Program-made: the position numbers and the translations under genes
From: Thermostichus sp. DRC_bins_24
GTDB taxonomy: Bacteria; Cyanobacteriota; Cyanobacteriia; Thermostichales; Thermostichaceae
Length of the DNA stretch: 12,935 bases
Reading direction: 5' to 3'
NCBI GenBank assembly: GCA_039794845.1
Contig: JAUQVK010000061.1
Coordinates: forward strand, 1-12,935
In this document: piece by piece, positions 8,402 through 12,935 of the stretch
Layout: each line of letters opens with the position of its first letter
How positions within the stretch are numbered: the stretch's first letter is position 1
The notes under the pieces: model-generated
The model's input: the letters and a program-made list of their open reading frames with translations, nothing else
The model's database searches: none
What the model was told of the DNA's origin: nothing

Positions 8402-8740
8402 ATGAGTATTCTAAAAAAGCTTTTCGGTGGCCTGTTCTCCTTCTTCGGCATTCTTTTCGGTGGTCTTTGGGATTTCGTCTCCGGTCCTTTTCGCTCTGCG
8501 CCGGATCCCGCCCAGGTGGCCAGCACCCCGATCCAGTCAGCAACCCCTGAGGTGGTGGCAGCCGCTGCGTCCAGTCCTGTGACGATGGCTACCCCCGCTC
8601 CCGCCAGCAAGCCCAAGGTAGTGGTTGAGAAACCCTTTGTCCCCAATGAAGTGCCCGCGCCGCGGCCCAATCGTCGCCCCGGCCCAGCCCTGGATGTGTT
8701 CCGAGGGATGGTTCAGGAGATTCCCTCTGCGCGGGCGTAG
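8402..8740 (+). CDS. Hypothetical protein (amphipathic N-terminus, Pro/Ala linker, RRPGP C-terminal motif)
   Basis: ATG 8402 gives MSILKKLFGGLFSFFG. The C-terminal RRPGPALDVFRGM resembles a motif seen in small cyanobacterial proteins. Confidence 0.7.
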   Translation: MSILKKLFGGLFSFFGILFGGLWDFVSGPFRSAPDPAQVASTPIQSATPEVVAAAASSPVTMATPAPASKPKVVVEKPFVPNEVPAPRPNRRPGPALDVFRGMVQEIPSARA

Positions 8741-8800
8741 TGCACCCATCCCCGGAGACAGCCCTTAAGATGGAGACGACGATGCTGAAAGTTGCTCCCT

Positions 8801-9148
8801 ATGTCTGATCTCTCCTTCTCAGAGCAAGAGCGGCTGAAACAGCTTGAGCGTGAACTGGAGCAGGAGGCTGCGGCCTCGGGTACTTCAGGAGCTTCGGCTG
8901 CGTCTCAGGGTAAAAACGTTGTTCAGTCTTGGATTAAGACTTGGGGGCGCTCGTTGCTCACCGTCTTCGCCATTCTGGGCTGTATCCTGCTGGTGGGGCT
9001 GTTCTTCCGGGTGTTTGGCACCGTCCTCAAGTTGGCGGTGGTGGCAGGGTTGGGCTATTTGCTCTACGCCTTTGTGGTAGCACCGCGATTGGGCCTAAGC
9101 TCTGGGGCTAAGTCGGATCCGGAGAATAGCGATCTCGACGGCTTTTGA
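8801..9148 (+). CDS. Hypothetical membrane protein (two TM helices, N-terminal charged helix)
   Basis: ATG 8801; EQERLKQLERELE helix then two hydrophobic segments. The stop overlaps the next ATG (TGATG 9146-9150). Confidence 0.7.
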   Translation: MSDLSFSEQERLKQLERELEQEAAASGTSGASAASQGKNVVQSWIKTWGRSLLTVFAILGCILLVGLFFRVFGTVLKLAVVAGLGYLLYAFVVAPRLGLSSGAKSDPENSDLDGF

Positions 9149-10071
9149 TGCCTTTTTTTCCCAGGGTGAGCCAGGATCCCTTGCGAGCCTACTTTTATTT
9201 GGCGGCGGCCATCTTGGGTTGGGCCACGGCTGCGAGCGCCTTTAAGCTGGGGTTGCAGCACCTCTCGCCGACGGTGTTGCTGATCTTTTCTGCCCTCAGT
9301 TCCTGCTTGGTGCTGGGGGTTGTTTTGGTGGTGACTGGGCGCACGCGCTTGATCCGGGAGCAGAGTCGAGCCCAGGTGCGGCTGTCGGCTGTGCAAGGGT
9401 TGCTCAACCCCTTCGGTTACTATCTGGTGTTGTTCCAGGCTTATGATCGCTTGCCGGCTCAGGCAGCGCTGGCTTTGAACTACACTTGGCCGCTGGTTTT
9501 GGCTCTGTTGGCGGTTCCTGTTTTGGGTGAACGGTTTCGCTGGCGGATGCTCTTTGCTTTGGGGGTGAGCCTGCTGGGGGTGGTGCTGGTGGCCACGGGG
9601 GGATCCTGGCACACCTTACAGGGAGGGGATCCCTGGGGGGTGCTGCTGGCGGTGGGCAGCGCCGGGATTTGGGCGCTCTACTGGCTGCTCAATGTGCGGG
9701 ATGGGCGGGATGGGGTGTTGAAGCTGTGGCTGGGGTTTGTCTTCGGCAGCCTCTACTGTCTGTTGCTGTTGCCTTTTCAGGAGGTGCCCCCCACTGCGGC
9801 TGGGCTGGGCTGGGCTGCCTACATTGGCTTGGCGGAGATGGGGTTAACCTTTGTTTTCTGGTTGCGGGCCTTGGAGTTGGCGGGCCATCGCGGATCCCTG
9901 GCCAATTGGGTGTATGTGACGCCATTTTTGTCTTTGGGGTTGATCGCCTGGGTTTTGAGGGAAGCAATCGCGCTGGGATCGGTGGTAGGGTTGGGGCTGA
10001 TCCTGGCCAGTAACCTCTGGGGATCCCGTGGGGAAAAACCTGCTCAGGATGCGGATCCCGTGCTTGACTGA
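9148..10071 (+). CDS. DMT/EamA family transporter
   Basis: About 10 hydrophobic helices in two repeats; W.TAASAFKLGL, GLLNPFGYYLVLF.AY, LNYTWP and EMGLTFVFW..AL motifs. Confidence 0.9.
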   Translation: MPFFPRVSQDPLRAYFYLAAAILGWATAASAFKLGLQHLSPTVLLIFSALSSCLVLGVVLVVTGRTRLIREQSRAQVRLSAVQGLLNPFGYYLVLFQAYDRLPAQAALALNYTWPLVLALLAVPVLGERFRWRMLFALGVSLLGVVLVATGGSWHTLQGGDPWGVLLAVGSAGIWALYWLLNVRDGRDGVLKLWLGFVFGSLYCLLLLPFQEVPPTAAGLGWAAYIGLAEMGLTFVFWLRALELAGHRGSLANWVYVTPFLSLGLIAWVLREAIALGSVVGLGLILASNLWGSRGEKPAQDADPVLD

Positions 10072-10080
10072 GCTTTTTCC

Positions 10081-11178
10081 ATGAACCCGATCCCTCTCTA
10101 TGTTGCGGTGACCGCCCACGGCTTTGGGCACACCACCCGTTTGGCGGCGGTGATCAACACGTTGCTCCAGCGGGATCCCGATATTTTGCCCATATTCGTT
10201 ACCCCGGCTCCCCGTTGGCTACTGGAGCGCTATGTGCAGGGGAAATTCCTACATCGACCGCGCCAGTTGGATGTGGGGGTGGTGCAGCCGGATGGCCTAC
10301 AGGCGGATTTGCCCGCCACCCTGAAGGCCTTACAAGCTTTCCAAACGGGATCTGCTGCCCTGATCCGAGCCGAAGCCGATTTCATTCGCACCAACCGGGT
10401 GTCCCTGGTGTTCGGAGATGTACCGCCCATCGCCACGGCCATTGCCAAGGCTGCCGGGATCCCCTGTTGGATGGCCAGCAATTTCGGGTGGGACTTCATC
10501 TACCGGGACTACGGCCCTGAGTTTCAGCCCTTTGTGGCCTGGATTGCAGAGCTCTACGGGAAGTGTGATCGCCTGTTTCGCCTACCCTTTAGCGAGGCCA
10601 TGAGCGCTTTTCCCCGTCAACAGACGGTGGGTTTAACGGGCGGGGATCCCCGGTATTCGGCGCAGGAGGTGGCCGCCCGGCTGGGGGTATCGGTGGATTG
10701 CCCGACGGCTTTGTTTACCTTCGGGGGATTGGGGCTACAGGGGTTCCCCTACGAGCGCCTACAGGATTTTCCCGACTGGCAGTTCCTCACCTTTGACCCA
10801 GCAGCCCCGAGGTTACCCAACCTGACCCGTTTGGATGGACAGGTGTGGCGACCTGTCGATGTCATGCCCCTGTGTCGTTGGGTGGTCTCCAAACCGGGCT
10901 ATGGCACGTTGGCAGAAGCGTTGCGCAGCTGTACCCCGATGGCCTGTGTCGCCCGTTCTGGGTTTGCCGAGTCGGAGCTGTTGATCGAGGGGCTACGGCG
11001 CTACGGCCAGCACCGCATTCTCTCTCCAGAAGACTTTTTTCAGGGATCCTGGTCCTTTTTAAGGGATCCCGCCCTCCCACCCCAGGCCCCTGATGAACAA
11101 CTGGATTTACAAGGGAATGAGACGATTGCGGCAGCCATTCAGAACTACCTTCGTACCGCAGGGTGGGCAGAAACGTAG
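10081..11178 (+). CDS. GT-B fold glycosyltransferase-like protein (similar to the N-terminal domain of L-arabinokinase)
   Basis: N-terminal HGFGHTTR, DVPP, SNFGWDFIY, TFGGLG and C-terminal VVSKPGYGT.AEA, R.GFAE. Starts 9 bp after the EamA stop. Confidence 0.85.
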   Translation: MNPIPLYVAVTAHGFGHTTRLAAVINTLLQRDPDILPIFVTPAPRWLLERYVQGKFLHRPRQLDVGVVQPDGLQADLPATLKALQAFQTGSAALIRAEADFIRTNRVSLVFGDVPPIATAIAKAAGIPCWMASNFGWDFIYRDYGPEFQPFVAWIAELYGKCDRLFRLPFSEAMSAFPRQQTVGLTGGDPRYSAQEVAARLGVSVDCPTALFTFGGLGLQGFPYERLQDFPDWQFLTFDPAAPRLPNLTRLDGQVWRPVDVMPLCRWVVSKPGYGTLAEALRSCTPMACVARSGFAESELLIEGLRRYGQHRILSPEDFFQGSWSFLRDPALPPQAPDEQLDLQGNETIAAAIQNYLRTAGWAET

Positions 11179-11246
11179 CTGCAAGGTTCGCCGGTGCAGA
11201 TCAACCTTTTGTCTTTTGTTTGAGTTTGTTGGCCCACAGGGTAGAC

Positions 11247-11259
11247 GTTACAGCCCTTT
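11247..11259 (+). repeat. Direct repeat copy 1, GTTACAGCCCTTT
   Basis: Exact 13-bp match to 11640-11652. Confidence 0.9.
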
Positions 11260-11373
11260 TGCCAGTCACATGTAACAACTGTGGAAGTTGAGATCCACTC
11301 TCTAGAGGGCTAGTGCTCCACACCTCGTGGAGCGAGAACAGGAATCACAATTCCTGCTGTAGAAAACCCGCGC

Positions 11374-11383
11374 AAGGGCTGTA
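11374..11383 (-). repeat. Inverted copy of the repeat core (AAGGGCTGTA on +)
   Basis: Exact reverse complement of TACAGCCCTT in both direct repeats; extends to 12 bp with one G-U pair (11374-11385). Confidence 0.85.
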
Positions 11384-11639
11384 GCGGGGGTTGAGGTAAC
11401 TCACCTAGCTCAGAATCTGTGTAGGTTGCAGGCCGTGCGCAGCAGCAGGGAATCTTTGGAGTAATCCGAAAAATCTCCATGTATAGTTTTTGATTTGCGT
11501 GGAGAGTATGTCAATGAAGATCACCGAGGAATAGCTGCGATAGGGCACATCGAAAAATCAAGCCTTTCGACACACAACTCGATACCCAGGGAGCCGAAAG
11601 GGTGGCTCTCTCGGAAACGTGGTGGAGCAGGCGCGTTCT

Positions 11640-11652
11640 GTTACAGCCCTTT
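11640..11652 (+). repeat. Direct repeat copy 2, GTTACAGCCCTTT
   Basis: Exact 13-bp match to 11247-11259, 393 bp downstream. Confidence 0.9.
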
Positions 11653-11730
11653 CGGTAAGGTTCAGCCCAGCAGCAAGAAGCAGTATGATCTCAATGAGAA
11701 GTACTTGCAATAGGAAAGGAAACCCCTCCA

Positions 11731-12384
11731 ATGGTTGCGACCCGAGTCTCTGCCCAAGAATTGTTTCGTGCCGCCTACGAAAACCGCTACACCTGGGATG
11801 CGGCATTTCCCGGCTACAGCGCTGAGGTGACCTACTGGGATGGCCAGCAAACCTTTGTCGGGCAAGTGCGGGTGGGGGCAGATTTGAAGGCTACCGTCAC
11901 CGGCGTTGCGGATGAAGAGGCCCAAAAAGCCATTCACAACCAAATCTGGGAGATCACCATCCACCGGGTACGCCGCAGCTTTGCCGACACCCATGGCCAA
12001 AACACCTTCCGTTATGGGGAGACCTTACCCGATGGGTCGGTGGAAATTCTAATGGGAGGCAAAGCGGAAGGGGATCGCTACCATGTGCGCGACAACCAAG
12101 TGACGATGGTCCACCGCCACATTCACGGGGTGGTGGTGACGATTCACACCTTTAGCAGTCACGATACCGGCTCAGGCTACCTCTCCCACCGCTACGATTC
12201 CGTTTATCATGACCCCAAAACCGGCGAGCAAAAGGGCGGGCGCAACCAGTTCGAGGATCTCTACGAAAAAGTTGGCGACTACTTTATCCTCTCGGAGCGG
12301 CGCATTCAAACCGAGACGGAAACGGGCTCCGTTGAAAAGAGGTTCACCTTCTCCAACCTGACCTTGCTTGATTCTGCGGCCTGA
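11731..12384 (+). CDS. DUF3386 family protein
   Basis: A.ELFRAAYENRYTWD..FPGY N-terminus and IHRVRRSF...HG.N.F, characteristic of DUF3386. AGGAAAGGA purine tract upstream. Confidence 0.88.
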   Translation: MVATRVSAQELFRAAYENRYTWDAAFPGYSAEVTYWDGQQTFVGQVRVGADLKATVTGVADEEAQKAIHNQIWEITIHRVRRSFADTHGQNTFRYGETLPDGSVEILMGGKAEGDRYHVRDNQVTMVHRHIHGVVVTIHTFSSHDTGSGYLSHRYDSVYHDPKTGEQKGGRNQFEDLYEKVGDYFILSERRIQTETETGSVEKRFTFSNLTLLDSAA

Positions 12385-12514
12385 CCCCAGGCGTTTTGAG
12401 AGAGTGGTCAACGAAATGCTAACGTCAAAACAGGGATCTTAAGATTTCGCAATGGATCCCACCTGCCGTTGTACCTGGTTGCACCGGTTTGTGGCCCCCT
12501 CCCCCGAGACCTAG

Positions 12515-12935
12515 ATGTTAAAAGCCGGCATTGTTGGCCTGCCCAATGTGGGCAAATCTACCCTCTTCAACGCCCTCTGCGAAAATGCCAAGGCGGAGGC
12601 GGCCAATTTTCCCTTCTGTACCATCGAGCCGAATGTGGGCCGGGTGGCGGTGCCGGACGAGCGCCTGCAGGTGCTGGGGAAAATCAGCAGTTCCGCCGAG
12701 ATCATTCCCAGCCAGATCGAGTTTGTGGATATTGCCGGGCTAGTGGCAGGAGCAAGCCAAGGGGAGGGCTTGGGCAACCAGTTTTTGTCCCACATTCGCC
12801 AGGTGGATGCAGTGGTGCATGTGGTGCGCTGCTTTGACGACGAAAACATTGTGCACGTGGCCGGTTCGGTGGATCCCTTACGGGATATAGGGGTGATTAA
12901 CCTGGAGCTGGCCCTGGCGGATCTGGCCACGATTG
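12515..12935 (+). CDS. ychF: Redox-regulated Obg-family ATPase YchF (5' part, runs off the window)
   Basis: Missing from the ORF track because it has no stop in the window. ATG 12515 translates to [21 protein letters not shown]...[13 protein letters not shown]...[26 protein letters not shown]. Confidence 0.97.
   Translation, partial: MLKAGIVGLPNVGKSTLFNALCENAKAEAANFPFCTIEPNVGRVAVPDERLQVLGKISSSAEIIPSQIEFVDIAGLVAGASQGEGLGNQFLSHIRQVDAVVHVVRCFDDENIVHVAGSVDPLRDIGVINLELALADLATI

Larger units (their letters stand above)
28..11070. repeat. Highly iterated palindrome GGGATCCC (dispersed)
   Basis: Perfect copies counted by eye starting at 28, 357, 873, 1329, 1384, 2730, 4424, 4947, 5140, 5217, 7333, 8023, 9626, 10020, 10172, 10456, 10643 and 11063, plus many one-mismatch copies. 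Confidence 0.92.
11247..11652 (+). ncRNA. Candidate large structured RNA or non-autonomous mobile element bounded by 13-bp direct repeats
   Basis: At least eight local stem-loops read by eye (11276-11290, 11315-11333, 11339-11356, 11367-11388, 11392-11403, 11455-11470, 11474-11505, 11550-11570, 11589-11610). Two have GTAA (GNRA) loops and several have + strand G-U pairs. No credible ORF; not recognised as a known RNA family. Confidence 0.5.

Noticed and set aside
11179..11230. CTGCA/TGCAG hairpin followed by a T-rich tract, as terminator of the glycosyltransferase operon
   Set aside because: The stem is only 5 bp with an 11-nt loop and the T tract is not adjacent; too weak to call.
11241..11285. 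NtcA boxes suggested by GTTACA/TGTAAC half-sites
   Set aside because: None has the GTA-N8-TAC spacing.
11247..11385. Retron msr-msd-like layout (inverted repeats enclosing hairpins, with a G shortly after the first arm)
   Set aside because: No reverse transcriptase is encoded nearby and there is no long msd-type hairpin.
11439..11456. GCAGCAGCAGGGAATCTT resembles the conserved 16S rRNA stretch GCAGCAGTAGGGAATCTT
   Set aside because: The match is short and the flanks show no rRNA similarity; treated as coincidence, not an rRNA fragment.
11435..11645. Group II intron (GTGCG at 11435, GAGCCG at 11591) or group I intron
   Set aside because: The GAGCCG hairpin is far too short for domain V and lacks its bulge; no domain VI and no group I R/S core sequences were found.
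11495..11713. 72-aa ORF and other short ORFs over the structured region
   Set aside because: TTG start, no RBS, no recognisable motif; better explained as non-coding.
11179..11730. Housekeeping RNAs (rnpB, ssrA, ffs, tRNA) or a CRISPR array as the explanation for the intergenic region
   Set aside because: No GAGGAAAGTCC, tRNA-like ends, SRP loop motif or regularly spaced repeats were seen on either strand.

Overview
Chromosomal window from a cyanobacterium, most likely a thermophilic Synechococcus/Thermostichus type. This is inferred from at least 18 perfect copies of the palindrome GGGATCCC, only one canonical HIP1 GCGATCGC seen, and cyanobacteria-typical DUF2839 and DUF3386 genes. Genes in order: ECF sigma factor with a coupled anti-sigma, DUF2839, Nit1-like C-N hydrolase, glutaredoxin-like protein; a minus-strand run of 2OG-Fe(II) oxygenase, dihaem cytochrome c, aat and holA; a conserved hypothetical; a leishmanolysin (M8)-like metalloprotease lipoprotein; two small hypotheticals, an EamA/DMT transporter, a GT-B glycosyltransferase-like protein; DUF3386 and the 5' part of ychF. 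The most unusual sequence is the 550-bp intergenic region 11179-11730. It holds a ~400-nt segment packed with stem-loops (G-U pairs, GNRA loops) bracketed by an exact 13-bp direct repeat (GTTACAGCCCTTT), with a 10-nt reverse complement of that repeat in an internal hairpin loop. It is a candidate undescribed structured RNA or non-autonomous mobile element. A second candidate structured RNA or leader lies at 6386-6437. All family calls come from motif recognition by eye; no database search or folding program was run.
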